Assembly (NCBI GenBank): GCA_049602155.1
Contig: JBMYRH010000009.1
Location: forward strand, 95,391-159,390
From: Myxococcota bacterium
Lineage (GTDB): Bacteria; Myxococcota_A; UBA9042; PHBI01; JBMYRH01
DNA: 64,000 nt
Direction: 5' to 3'
Positions 30,299-43,057 of this stretch are shown one piece after another (positions within the stretch are counted from its first letter, which is position 1; every line of letters starts with the position of its first letter). The position numbers were made by a program, and so were the translations under genes. The notes beneath the pieces are model-generated. The model did not search any database, was not told where the DNA came from, and was given only the letters and a program-made list of their open reading frames with translations.

Positions 30299-32608
30299 TC
30301 AGGGGGCCAAGTAGGGGATCCACCGGAGGGGTAGCGGCACCGCAGTGCGGCCCTGCCAATCGAGGCGCTCGATGACCCCAGCCTTCTCTTTGCCGACCCG
30401 AAGGTGTTGGCTCGGGGCCTTGGGCCGAGCGCCTTTGAGGGCCTTCTTCGAGGGCGGCGCCGGGCGCCAGAACCCGAGCTCGTAGCGGACGCGATCTCGC
30501 CACGCGTTCAGCCCCGAGTAGACCCTGACCACGATCAGGCGGCCCTTTTTCCAGGTCCCTTCGGCGCTCAACGTCCTCGCGTTCATCGGCATCTTGGCCT
30601 CTGGTCCATCTTCGTTGAGGGGACGAGAGAGGCGGTTCAAAAAGGGGCGCCATCCCGCGCCAGGGTCGCGGCGGACCTCGAAGACGGCCTCAATCACTTC
30701 ACCATCGCGGTGCATGCTGTGGATGCGGTAGCCGTGGAGTGAGAGCTTCCCACCATAGCGCAGCGCTGGATCGAGGACGGTGCCCAGGGGGGCGAGCCAA
30801 GAGGCGACCTCCGCAGGGGTTTCATTCAGTTGAACCGCCAAGTTGTGGGCTGCGGCGTGCTGCCGGAGGGTCTCTGGTGGCGGGGCGCCCTCGCGGCGGC
30901 TCTCGGCCTGACTCTCATGCCCGGTCGCGAGCAACATCTCTGCTTCGAGCCAGGGGTCTCTCACCAGCGTTTGAGGCGGGTAGACGTGGCTTACGAGCCA
31001 GCGGTGCATCAGGTCGGCGGGCTCAGACTTGAGCCGGAGCCAAGTCACGTCTGGGGTGCTCACGGTCTCCCGCAGATCGATCACCAAGAAGTCCTCGATC
31101 ACGGTCACGGGGTGTTGGCTCATCGCGTCCGTCTGGAGCGCAGGGATCGCGAGCTGGGGGGCGCTCCTGAGGTCCACAACCGCCATCGCAGATCGCGCGA
31201 CGTTCTTTAACACCTTCGTACGCTCTGTGACCTTGATGCGGCGGAACCTTCGGTCCAAGTAGAAGGCAAACTGGAACTTCGCAGTGAGCATCTCATCGTG
31301 GACCGCGATCTGGTCGTCAGGGGTCGTCTGCGTGTGGATCCAGCGCGCCACCACGGCGTGACGTCGTCGGTAGTCTTCACCCTCTTTGGGGGCTGGATCG
31401 GCGAAGCGTGTGCGGTAGTGCGTCCCCGCGATCCCCGACGCACCCTGTAAGAGGATCAAGCCGGTGGCCACCGAGAGGGTGATCGCTCTGGACCACCTTG
31501 GGCCAGGGCGCCACTGAGCCGCGCGCCGAGCCACCTCTGTGAGGGCCACGATCACGTCGGCCCCGGCGATCACGAAGTACACGGCCGCGAACATGGGCCA
31601 GAAGTCGTGGACCCACGCCCCCTGCCTGAAGATCACGACCCACGCAGTCCCCAGCCCCAAGAACGCGAGCGCCGCGTTGTGCTTCATCCCCCATCGCCCC
31701 TCCTTCGCGTCTCGCCGGGCGATCCATGGCCAGAAGAGACCCGCCAGGACCAGGGTAGGGGTCATGAGGTCGACCCATCGAGGCCCTTGGCGGCTCAAGA
31801 CATGAGCCACAGTCTTGCCCTTGCCGTTTTGACGAAAGCGCCCGACGTCTCGAAAGGCTTGGATGAAGTCGTCGCCGCCGTAGAGCTCAGAGAGGTGCCA
31901 CAGGACACCGAAGAAGCCGATGAGTACGGCGGCACAGAAGGGCGCGATCCAGCCCCACTCGATGCGCCGCCGCTTCAGCATGGGGACCGCGACTGTGCAG
32001 GCCAGCCAGAAGGCGAAGACAAACCAAGGCCAGTCTGACCAGGCCCCCAAGATCGCCACCCCTGCGCTCGCTGCGACCCACCTGCGTTGATGCGTCTCAC
32101 ACCACCGCATCCACGTCCAAAGGCTCGCTAGGCAGAAGAGCAGCACCAGGGCCTCTTGATTCACGAAGGGACCGTAGTAGGCGAGCATCGGTGTGGTGAT
32201 GAAGAGGATCATGGCCGCCCAGCGGCCCGGCCCGGAGGGCCACCATCTGCGCGCCATATCCGCGAAGAGTAGGAAGCCTAAGAGCATCAAGATCGCGGGG
32301 ACGAGCCGCGCTTGCCATTCACCGACACCGAAGACGCTGAACGAGGCACCTACGAGCAGGTGAATGCCCACCGGGTGATGCCAGTAGTGCTTAAACTCAT
32401 CTGGCTTGGCCCTTGGGTCGAGGTTCTCGACCGGGCCGTACTTCGCCTTCTCAAACCCGTGCCGCACGAAATTGCGGGCGGCGACGGCGCGTCGCGCGGC
32501 GCACCAACCTTTGTGGCCAAAGAGGAACTCTTCATTCACGCTCTGGAGGTTCACCGCCACAGAGAGGGCGAGGCAGAGGCCCAAGCCGATGCGGTGAAGC
32601 CGTGTCAC
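30299..32608 (-). CDS. Polytopic membrane protein, putative GT-C-fold (PMT/ArnT-like) glycosyltransferase with ~300-aa C-terminal soluble domain.
   Basis: GTG start 32608 immediately after the rlmD stop (32605-32607); the longer track start at 32812 would overlap rlmD by 200 nt. At least 10 hydrophobic helices in the first ~450 aa (LGLCLALSVAVNL, LVPAILMLLGFLLFADM, AAMILFITTPMLAYYGPF, LVLLFCLASLWTWM, ...). The function call is by architecture only. Confidence 0.55.
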   Translation of the reverse strand: MTRLHRIGLGLCLALSVAVNLQSVNEEFLFGHKGWCAARRAVAARNFVRHGFEKAKYGPVENLDPRAKPDEFKHYWHHPVGIHLLVGASFSVFGVGEWQARLVPAILMLLGFLLFADMARRWWPSGPGRWAAMILFITTPMLAYYGPFVNQEALVLLFCLASLWTWMRWCETHQRRWVAASAGVAILGAWSDWPWFVFAFWLACTVAVPMLKRRRIEWGWIAPFCAAVLIGFFGVLWHLSELYGGDDFIQAFRDVGRFRQNGKGKTVAHVLSRQGPRWVDLMTPTLVLAGLFWPWIARRDAKEGRWGMKHNAALAFLGLGTAWVVIFRQGAWVHDFWPMFAAVYFVIAGADVIVALTEVARRAAQWRPGPRWSRAITLSVATGLILLQGASGIAGTHYRTRFADPAPKEGEDYRRRHAVVARWIHTQTTPDDQIAVHDEMLTAKFQFAFYLDRRFRRIKVTERTKVLKNVARSAMAVVDLRSAPQLAIPALQTDAMSQHPVTVIEDFLVIDLRETVSTPDVTWLRLKSEPADLMHRWLVSHVYPPQTLVRDPWLEAEMLLATGHESQAESRREGAPPPETLRQHAAAHNLAVQLNETPAEVASWLAPLGTVLDPALRYGGKLSLHGYRIHSMHRDGEVIEAVFEVRRDPGAGWRPFLNRLSRPLNEDGPEAKMPMNARTLSAEGTWKKGRLIVVRVYSGLNAWRDRVRYELGFWRPAPPSKKALKGARPKAPSQHLRVGKEKAGVIERLDWQGRTAVPLPLRWIPYLAP

Positions 32609-33981
32609 TGCGCAGCTCGGCGCAGGGCCACCCCGACCTCCACGTGTGGGGTGTGGGGGAACATGTCGAAGGTCGCGACGTCGGTGATGACGAACCCAGC
32701 GTCGATCAAGCGCTTGAGATCCCGGCTCAGGCTTCTTGATTCGCATGAGGCGTAGATCACCGTGACCTCGCCTTTCAGCGCCGTGATCGCGTCGATGACA
32801 GCCGGCGCGCACCCTGCGCGAGGGGGATCTAGGATGACCGCGTCCGCCCCCTCGGCGAGGACGCGTGGGGCGGCTGTCGCGGCGTCCTCGGTGATGGCGG
32901 TGACTGCGGAGGCCTCAAGCAGCTCGATGTTCCGCATCGAGTCCTCGGAGGCGAGCGGGTGACTCTCGATGAGGGTCACTCGGTCGGCGCGCGCGCGGCT
33001 CGCGAGCCCTAAGACGCCGGCGCCGGCGTAGAGATCGACCAGGTGTGTCATCCGCTCAGGGAGCCACTGCCCCAGGGTCGTCACCATGGCCTCTGCCATG
33101 TCATGTCGCGTCTGTATAAAAGAGGTCGGCCCCACCTGGAGGTTGAGATCGCCGTAGGAGACGCTCTGCCGCCGCTTGCCTCGCAGATGGACGTTCCGTT
33201 CGCCGAGCATCGGCCCAGAGCCCTTGGGGTTGATGTTGGCGTGGACGCCGCAGACCCCCTCGATCCGGATCAACTGTTGAGCGGCCTGAGCGACCTTGGG
33301 GCCCGGCTTGACCGAGAGGATGAGGGTCAGGATCCCCTCCTCGCGGCCCGGATCGACCCGATACAGGAACCCACGGATCACCCCAGGGCGCTCTTCACTT
33401 CGCCATGTCGGCCAGTCAAGCCGTGCCAAGATGTGGTGAGCGTGCTTGAGGACGCTGTTGACCCGTCGATGTTGAATGACGCAGCTGTCGACCGGGACCA
33501 AGTCCTGGGTCCCCGGCGCATAAAACCCCATCCGCATGGATCCACCGCGATGCCGAAGCACCATGAGCGCACGGGTGCGGTACCCGAGGCTGTACTCCGG
33601 ACCAATCCACCCATGATGCCGGGTCGCGTCGTCGCAAAGGGGCGCCAAGAGCTCCTTCACCTGAGTGGCTCGAACCTCTCTCTGCAGCGACATCGAGGCG
33701 GGCTGCCAGGGGCATCCACCGCAGCTCGTGACGACCGGGCAGGGCGCCTCGACCCGATATTTAGAGGGCTCAGTCAGCGTCTGAATTTGCCCCACGTTGA
33801 TGTGCTTGCCCGTGTGCGTAATACGCAGCTGAGCGGAGTCGCCAGGCACGCCGCCTAGGACGCGCACCTCAGCGTCTCCGACCCGCGCCAGTGAGCCACC
33901 ACGTCGCTCGAGCGACGTGATGGTGGCCTCCACCAAGTCACCTTGATTGAAGGGTCGCTTACGCCGAGGTGACTTGGCCAT
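32605..33981 (-). CDS. rlmD: 23S rRNA (uracil-C5)-methyltransferase RlmD/RumA-like (TRAM plus 4Fe-4S plus SAM methyltransferase).
   Basis: The internal ATG (MAKSPRRKRPFNQGDLVEATITSLERRG) is chosen. TRAM-like N-terminus, Cys cluster CPVVTSCGGCPW, SAM-MTase motifs DLYAGAGVLG and ILDPPRAG, and C-terminal VIYASCES. Confidence 0.85.
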   Translation of the reverse strand: MAKSPRRKRPFNQGDLVEATITSLERRGGSLARVGDAEVRVLGGVPGDSAQLRITHTGKHINVGQIQTLTEPSKYRVEAPCPVVTSCGGCPWQPASMSLQREVRATQVKELLAPLCDDATRHHGWIGPEYSLGYRTRALMVLRHRGGSMRMGFYAPGTQDLVPVDSCVIQHRRVNSVLKHAHHILARLDWPTWRSEERPGVIRGFLYRVDPGREEGILTLILSVKPGPKVAQAAQQLIRIEGVCGVHANINPKGSGPMLGERNVHLRGKRRQSVSYGDLNLQVGPTSFIQTRHDMAEAMVTTLGQWLPERMTHLVDLYAGAGVLGLASRARADRVTLIESHPLASEDSMRNIELLEASAVTAITEDAATAAPRVLAEGADAVILDPPRAGCAPAVIDAITALKGEVTVIYASCESRSLSRDLKRLIDAGFVITDVATFDMFPHTPHVEVGVALRRAAQ

Positions 33982-33983
33982 GA

Positions 33984-37538
<3,555 letters not shown>

Positions 37539-37692
37539 GTAAGGCCTCCGATTCAGCTCCGCAGCGGTCTTCTGCGGGCAAAGGGCGGCCTATCCAAGCA
37601 GCAAACTCGCGCGCGAGCAATATGGATCCCATTGACGGCGTCCGTGCCCCTCGTTATGCAGGGCAGGAACCTTGCCTAAAGGGAGCCTGGCC

Positions 37693-38634
37693 ATGTCCTT
37701 TCGCGAGCTCGTAGAACGTTACGCTAAGACCTACCCGGCGCTCGGCCTCGTCGGCAACACGCCGCTGGTGCGGGTGGACCTCTTTAAGGATGAATTTCCT
37801 GATGTCGAGGTCTACGCCAAGGTGGAGAGCTTCAACCCAGGGGGCTCCCTCAAGGACCGCCCTGTCCTCTACATGCTCTTGAGCGCCTTGGAGGACGGTC
37901 GACTGGACGCCTCGAAGACCATTATGGACAGCTCGAGCGGTAACGCAGGGATCGCCTATGCGTGGATCGGCCAAGTGCTCGGTGTGCCGGTCAAGCTCGT
38001 GATCCCCGACAACGCGAGCGCCGAGCGAAAGAAGCGCATGCGGTCGCACGGGGCTGAGATTCATCACACCAGCGCGCACGAAGGTTATGATGAGGCGCTG
38101 CGCGAGGTACGCCGCCTCGCGGCCGCCGATCCGGACACGATCTTCTTCTGCGATCAGTACGGTAACGACTTCAACTGGCGCGCGCACTACGAGACGACCG
38201 CTGAGGAGATCTGGGAGCAGACCTCGGGGCGCATCACGCACTTCGTCTGTGGCGTCGGGACCGGCGGAACCCTGACAGGGACGTCGAAGCGCTTGAAAGA
38301 GCTGAACCCTGCCATCCAGACCGAGTGCTGTGTCCCGGACGCGTTCCCTGGCGTGGAGGGGCTCAAGCCTCTGAAAGATCCGGAGGACATCGTCCCGGAG
38401 ATCTTGGACAAGACGCTCATCGACCGCATGTGGGACACGGACGTCGATGTGGCCTGGGAGATGAGCCAGAAGCTCGCCAAGGCCGGGCTCTTCGCCGGGC
38501 AGTCCTCGGGGGCCTACATGGCGGGCGTTTATGACGTCGCCAAGGACCTCCACCAACGAGGAGAGCCAGGTGTCATCGTCACGTTGCTCTGCGACATCGG
38601 CGAGCGGTACATGTCGACCCGCCTCTGGGATTGA
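37693..38634 (+). CDS. Cysteine synthase family PLP enzyme (CysK/CysM-like).
   Basis: SFNPGGSLKDRP (PLP lysine motif), SSGNAGIAYA, GVGTGGTLTG. ATG 37693 is preferred (AAGGGAG 9 nt upstream) over the track TTG start at 37672. Confidence 0.85.
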   Translation: MSFRELVERYAKTYPALGLVGNTPLVRVDLFKDEFPDVEVYAKVESFNPGGSLKDRPVLYMLLSALEDGRLDASKTIMDSSSGNAGIAYAWIGQVLGVPVKLVIPDNASAERKKRMRSHGAEIHHTSAHEGYDEALREVRRLAAADPDTIFFCDQYGNDFNWRAHYETTAEEIWEQTSGRITHFVCGVGTGGTLTGTSKRLKELNPAIQTECCVPDAFPGVEGLKPLKDPEDIVPEILDKTLIDRMWDTDVDVAWEMSQKLAKAGLFAGQSSGAYMAGVYDVAKDLHQRGEPGVIVTLLCDIGERYMSTRLWD

Positions 38635-38644
38635 GATACTCCGC

Positions 38645-39265
38645 TTAGTCGAGCGACAGCTCGCTGGCCCCGAGGGCGCGCGCAAGCATTCGAACGATCG
38701 TCTGATTGTCCCCCGAGCCGGGCACGATCAAGTCCGCCTCTCTCCTTGAGCGATGCCCAAATTGCTCATGCATCGGGCGCACGGTCTCAAGGTATTGATG
38801 CAGCACGCCATCAACGTCGCGTCCACGCTCCGCGATGTCTCGCTGCACACGACGGGCTAAGCGTATGTCGTCTGGGGTCTCGACATAGATCTTCACGTCC
38901 AGCAGGTCAGTCAGCTCCGGGAAGACGAAGACCAAGATCCCCTCGACCAGAATGACGGGCCGCGGCTCGATGACCTCGCCGCCGCTCATCCGCGCGTGGT
39001 GGGCGAAGTCATAGCGCGGCGCGGTCACACTGTGTCCCGCGCGAAGTGCCCGCAGCTGATCGGCGAAGAGCTGCGCGTCGATGCTCTCGGGGTGGTCGAA
39101 ATTGACGGTCGCGCGCGCCTCGACGCTGAGGCCAGACAGGTCGCGGTAGTAATTATCCTGACTGACCGTGGCGCAGCGCTCTGCTCCGAGCGCGCGGGCC
39201 AGTCGCCTCGCGAGAGTGCTCTTCCCGGAGGCGGTGCCCCCGGCGATCCCGATCAAATGAGGCAT
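38645..39265 (-). CDS. udk: Uridine kinase.
   Basis: 206 aa. P-loop IGIAGGTASGKST. DNYY...FDHP and LVEGI are typical of Udk/PRK. Confidence 0.9.
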   Translation of the reverse strand: MPHLIGIAGGTASGKSTLARRLARALGAERCATVSQDNYYRDLSGLSVEARATVNFDHPESIDAQLFADQLRALRAGHSVTAPRYDFAHHARMSGGEVIEPRPVILVEGILVFVFPELTDLLDVKIYVETPDDIRLARRVQRDIAERGRDVDGVLHQYLETVRPMHEQFGHRSRREADLIVPGSGDNQTIVRMLARALGASELSLD

Positions 39266-39274
39266 GCCAGCGAC

Positions 39275-40294
39275 CTACCAGGCCTGATCCGCATCAGCCG
39301 CCAAGGCCACGTGCTGCCCGGTGCCGATCCTGCGGTGAGTGCCGGTGTCCGAGGAGTACCCCAGCTGTGAGAGCTCGGCGATGTGCTGTGCGACCTCGTC
39401 GCGTTGCTCTACGGCCGAGGGGTCTTGCACATAGATGCGGTAGTGGTGAAGCGCTTCGCGGACGCGCCCGGTTGTCTCAAGCGCCCGAGCATACGCCAGG
39501 TGACACTCCGGGAAGACGGACCGGAGCCCGAGGGCCTCTTGGAATGCCGCGATCGCCTCGTCGAGGCGGGCACTCCGAGCCAACGCCTGCCCAATGGCGA
39601 AGTGAGCGCGGGCGTGCCGTGCATCGAATTCAAGGATCGTCTGGTAGGCATCGAGCGCGAGGTCGATGTGGCCACTCTTCAGGTAGCAGTTGCCGAGGTT
39701 GTAGTATGCCTTCACGTAGGTCGGTGATTGATGGATTGTGCGGCGGTACTGCTCGACTGCCTCGTCGTTGAGGTCCATCAGTGCGTAGACATAGGCCAGC
39801 ATGAAGCGGGCCTTGTAGAATCGTGGTTCGCTCGCGAGCGCGCGGCGGAACGCCCCCGCAGCGGCCTGCAGCAGGCCCTTCTCTTTGAAGGCGTGCCCCA
39901 GGTTGAAGTGGGCGCGAGAGTAGTCGGGGCGCAGCTGGATCGCGCCGCGGTAGGCGCGGAGCGCGAGGTCGATCTCGCCACACTCGAAGTAGACGTTCCC
40001 GAGGGCGAATGCTGTCTCGGCGTTGCTCGGATCGAGGCGATTGGCTCGGGCGAAGGCGATGCGGCTGCCCTCAAGCCGGCCCAAGGCGCTCATTGTCGTG
40101 CCGAGGGCGAAGTGCCCCTCCGCGCTATCGGGCTCCAGCTGAGTAGCGAGGTAGAGCCGCTCGGAGGCGTCGTTTAGTTGGCCGGCGTCGTGTAGCGCCA
40201 GGCCCAGGTGTCGATGGTGGCTCGCCTGCCCAGGCTGAAGGCGCGCAGCGCTGCGCCAGTAGATGATCTTCAGCGCTGTAAGGGCACGCTTCAC
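39275..40294 (-). CDS. TPR-repeat protein.
   Basis: 339 aa with ~8 TPR units (AEGHFALGTTMSALGRLEGS, AETAFALGNVYFECGEIDLALRAY, SRAHFNLGHAFKEKG, VKAYYNLGNCYLKSG, ARAHFAIGQALARS). GTG start. Confidence 0.8.
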   Translation of the reverse strand: MKRALTALKIIYWRSAARLQPGQASHHRHLGLALHDAGQLNDASERLYLATQLEPDSAEGHFALGTTMSALGRLEGSRIAFARANRLDPSNAETAFALGNVYFECGEIDLALRAYRGAIQLRPDYSRAHFNLGHAFKEKGLLQAAAGAFRRALASEPRFYKARFMLAYVYALMDLNDEAVEQYRRTIHQSPTYVKAYYNLGNCYLKSGHIDLALDAYQTILEFDARHARAHFAIGQALARSARLDEAIAAFQEALGLRSVFPECHLAYARALETTGRVREALHHYRIYVQDPSAVEQRDEVAQHIAELSQLGYSSDTGTHRRIGTGQHVALAADADQAW

Positions 40295-40552
40295 ACGATC
40301 TCCGGCTGACGGTAGCGAGGGGTGAAGAGGGCATCGGCCCCGATCGACGCTCGGTTCCGATCATCACCCTAACCTGCTCCGCAGAGCAGTTGATATCAGA
40401 GCGACCTCTTCATTGTAGCACGAGCCCACGTTGACTGGTAGATTCCGCGGCCGCTGAGCCGGCACCCGTCGGCATGGCAAGATCGGAATCATTACACGGC
40501 GCCTTTTTGAAGCGCGGGCATGCCCTGCGTGACGAGGCCGGGACGAGAGATC

Positions 40553-41572
40553 ATGGGCGAAGGTGAAGTCGAAATCGAAGGGGGCATCCAGGTCGCCGTC
40601 TACGGAGCTACCGGTGCCCTAGGGCGTGAGGTCTTGCTCTCGCTCGAGGGCCACGGACTCCCCGTGGAGAGCTTAGTCGCCGTCGGTGGCACACAGTCTG
40701 CCGGGCGCGAAGCGTACTGGCGTTCACATCCCATCACAGTGATCGGCGAACAGCATGTCGACGTTGGGGAACTGGATGTCGCGATCTTGGCGGTCCCCGC
40801 TGAGGCGGCTGAGGCTCTCCGCGCGACGCTTATCGACGCGGGTGTCTTCGTCGTGGACCTCTCTGCAGGTGGCGGAGAGCGGCCGCTACCGCTGGTCTGG
40901 CCAACCTTTGATCTTAGCGGCCTCGAGACCCACCCCGGTGGCGTCTCTTTGCCCTGCGGGATCGCCGGGGCCCTAGCGCCTTTCCTGCGCGCCCTGAACA
41001 CCCTGGGGACCCTCGCTGACCTCGACGTCACCGCGATGATGAGCGCCCAGGCGGCAGGTCGTCGCGGTGAAGAGGCGCTGTCGGCGCAGACCGTCGCGCT
41101 CTTGAATCAGCGGTTACCGACCGCGGACGTCTTTGGCGGCGTCTTGGCGTTCAACCTGTTGCCGCGTTCACCCGCTGCCATCGGCGCCGAAGACCCGGTG
41201 GTGCGCCAAGCGCTCGACGAGCTTCACCGCATCCTGCCCGCTGCCGCAGAGGTCAAGACCACGATCCGAGTGATGCAGGTCCCAGTGTTCGCAGGCCTCG
41301 GGCTCACCGTGCGGGTCGCATTTGAGGGCACGCCGCCGACGCGTGCTCAACTCGACGCCTGCCTTGAGGCAATCGACGAGCTTCGGCCGATCCCTGACGA
41401 AGGGCGCCTCGCCCTGCGCGACACGATGGAGCGAGACGCCGTCTTCTTGGCCGACCTCTCCTTGCGTGACGATGGGGTCTTACACGCCTTCGTAGCGACC
41501 GATCCCTTGCACCGCTCGGCGTGGGCGTCTGGCGCTGTGCTGGAGCACGTGTTGGCAGAAGATCTCTGGTAG
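40553..41572 (+). CDS. Aspartate-semialdehyde dehydrogenase-family protein (semialdehyde DH NAD-binding fold); catalytic Cys motif atypical.
   Basis: IQVAVYGATGALGREVLLSLE (Rossmann GxxGxxG) at the N-terminus, and VSLPCGIAGALAP in place of the canonical Asd active site. The internal ATG (MGEGEVEIEGG) is chosen. Confidence 0.55.
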   Translation: MGEGEVEIEGGIQVAVYGATGALGREVLLSLEGHGLPVESLVAVGGTQSAGREAYWRSHPITVIGEQHVDVGELDVAILAVPAEAAEALRATLIDAGVFVVDLSAGGGERPLPLVWPTFDLSGLETHPGGVSLPCGIAGALAPFLRALNTLGTLADLDVTAMMSAQAAGRRGEEALSAQTVALLNQRLPTADVFGGVLAFNLLPRSPAAIGAEDPVVRQALDELHRILPAAAEVKTTIRVMQVPVFAGLGLTVRVAFEGTPPTRAQLDACLEAIDELRPIPDEGRLALRDTMERDAVFLADLSLRDDGVLHAFVATDPLHRSAWASGAVLEHVLAEDLW

Positions 41573-41593
41573 CCATCAAGAGTCCGATCATTT

Positions 41594-41606
41594 TGACAAA
41601 ATGTCA
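41594..41606. promoter_or_regulatory. Perfect palindrome TGACAaaaTGTCA in the intergenic region upstream of the secreted-protein/beta-barrel operon; candidate operator.
   Basis: Seen directly at 41594..41606 in a locally AT-richer stretch. Two TTGACA hexamers lie nearby. Confidence 0.3.
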
Positions 41607-41833
41607 GACCAGTGGTCCCTTTTCTTATGGATTGACAGGTTGGCACGTTGGCGTCGCAACCGCGGCACCCGCGCATCAACCCAAACAGCTGCCTGGTCTC
41701 TGATTCAATACAGACTCCGGAGTGGCATGGCGCTTGCAGACTCCTCACGTCTTACACGTGTGACGGACGCAGGCGTTCCCGAATGAGACGGCGACGACAG
41801 GCGAGACGAGGCACGCCAGGAGGACTGGCTTAG

Positions 41834-43057
41834 ATGGTCAAGACAGAGCACAAACGGATCGTATTTGCCGGGCTTCTCGGCATGTTCTGCCTGGTGGGGC
41901 AACCCGCGCTGGCGGACATCGACGGGTTTGAGATCTTGGAGATCTCCCCGGTCGGCGATGTCAGCCTGAATAGCCGGCTGGGCACGACATCGAGCGCGAC
42001 AGAGCACCTCATCAACATCGCCGACTGCGAATCTTACGCAGACGGGACGGTCCAGATTGAGATCGGGGTCGACACGAGCAACTACGTCTCCTTTAGCTAC
42101 GGGGTGGCTGTCGCGTTGCCAGGTTCGACGTGCAACGCGGACTCCACCGACTTCGCTGGTAGCGATGACACGGTCTGTAAAGTGCTCGAGTCGGCGGGAG
42201 AGCTCGACACGAGCTTTAAAGTCACGGTGGACCTCGATCGACTCACCGGGGGTGATTGCACCTCAGGCACCGAGGCATCTTCAGTACTCTACGTGGTCGT
42301 CGCAGACTCGGACGCCGCGAACTCGGCCAAACAAGAGGTGCTCTTCAACGTGGATCTGCTTCGCCCCGCTGCGCCGACCATCACAGAGGTCATCGGCGGC
42401 GATGGTCGCCTTGAGGTGCTCTTCGACGACTCGGATAACGAGACCGAAGAGGGGTTGAGCTATGACATCTACTGGAGCACGACCTCTATCCCGGAGACCC
42501 CGGGCAGCGACGTGAGCAGCGGCTCGACCTCGTCGACGACCTACGAGATCGATGACGAGTCCATCGTCAATGGCTTGACCTACTACGTCCGCGTTGGCGC
42601 CACCGACAGCGCTGACAATGACAGCGCCCTCTCCGATGAGCTGAGCGTCGTGCCTGTCCCTACGACGGACTTCTGGGAAGCGTATAAAGCGGCCGGCGGG
42701 ACCGACCCCGGAGGCTTTTGCTTTATCGCGACCGCCGCCTACGGCTCACCGATGGGGGCAGATCTCGATCTCCTGCGGGCCTTTAGGGACCAGATCTTGT
42801 GGCCCACTGCGCTCGGTCGGAGCTTCGTCCGCAGCTACTACAGTTGGGGGCGTCATGCGGCCGCGTGGATCGCAGCGCGCCCTGTGGCCAAGGCCGTTGT
42901 CCGCGTCGCTCTACAGCCCTTGGTGTGGGTCGCAGCGCTGACCACCACGATCGGTGCGCTCGGGACACTGCTGCTCTTTGGCTTGGTGCTCAGCGCGGTG
43001 ATGCTCTTGTGGCGGCACCGTCGTGAGCGCGCGGTGCATGCTCTGGAGGTGAGCTAA
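41834..43057 (+). CDS. Secreted cell-surface protein with CFIATAAYGS motif and C-terminal TM/basic anchor (407 aa).
   Basis: AGGAGG 12 nt upstream. Signal peptide MVKTEHKRIVFAGLLGMFCLVGQPALA. Ser/Thr/Asp-rich beta-type domains, GGFCFIATAAYGSPMGADLDLLRAFRDQIL, then the hydrophobic helix ALTTTIGALGTLLLFGLVLSAVMLLW followed by RHRRER. Confidence 0.7.
   Translation: MVKTEHKRIVFAGLLGMFCLVGQPALADIDGFEILEISPVGDVSLNSRLGTTSSATEHLINIADCESYADGTVQIEIGVDTSNYVSFSYGVAVALPGSTCNADSTDFAGSDDTVCKVLESAGELDTSFKVTVDLDRLTGGDCTSGTEASSVLYVVVADSDAANSAKQEVLFNVDLLRPAAPTITEVIGGDGRLEVLFDDSDNETEEGLSYDIYWSTTSIPETPGSDVSSGSTSSTTYEIDDESIVNGLTYYVRVGATDSADNDSALSDELSVVPVPTTDFWEAYKAAGGTDPGGFCFIATAAYGSPMGADLDLLRAFRDQILWPTALGRSFVRSYYSWGRHAAAWIAARPVAKAVVRVALQPLVWVAALTTTIGALGTLLLFGLVLSAVMLLWRHRRERAVHALEVS

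Noticed and set aside
32609-32812. Upstream extension of the GT-C gene to 32812.
   Set aside because: It overlaps the rlmD 3' end by ~200 nt and encodes an Arg/His-rich non-membrane leader. GTG 32608 begins directly at the first TM helix and sits adjacent to the rlmD stop.
37661-37676. Sigma-54-like -24/-12 element (aGGCAgGaaccTTGCc) upstream of the cysK-like gene.
   Set aside because: The GG-N10-GC spacing fits. The element ends only ~15 nt before the ATG and overlaps the predicted RBS region, which is incompatible with a normal leader. This is probably coincidence.
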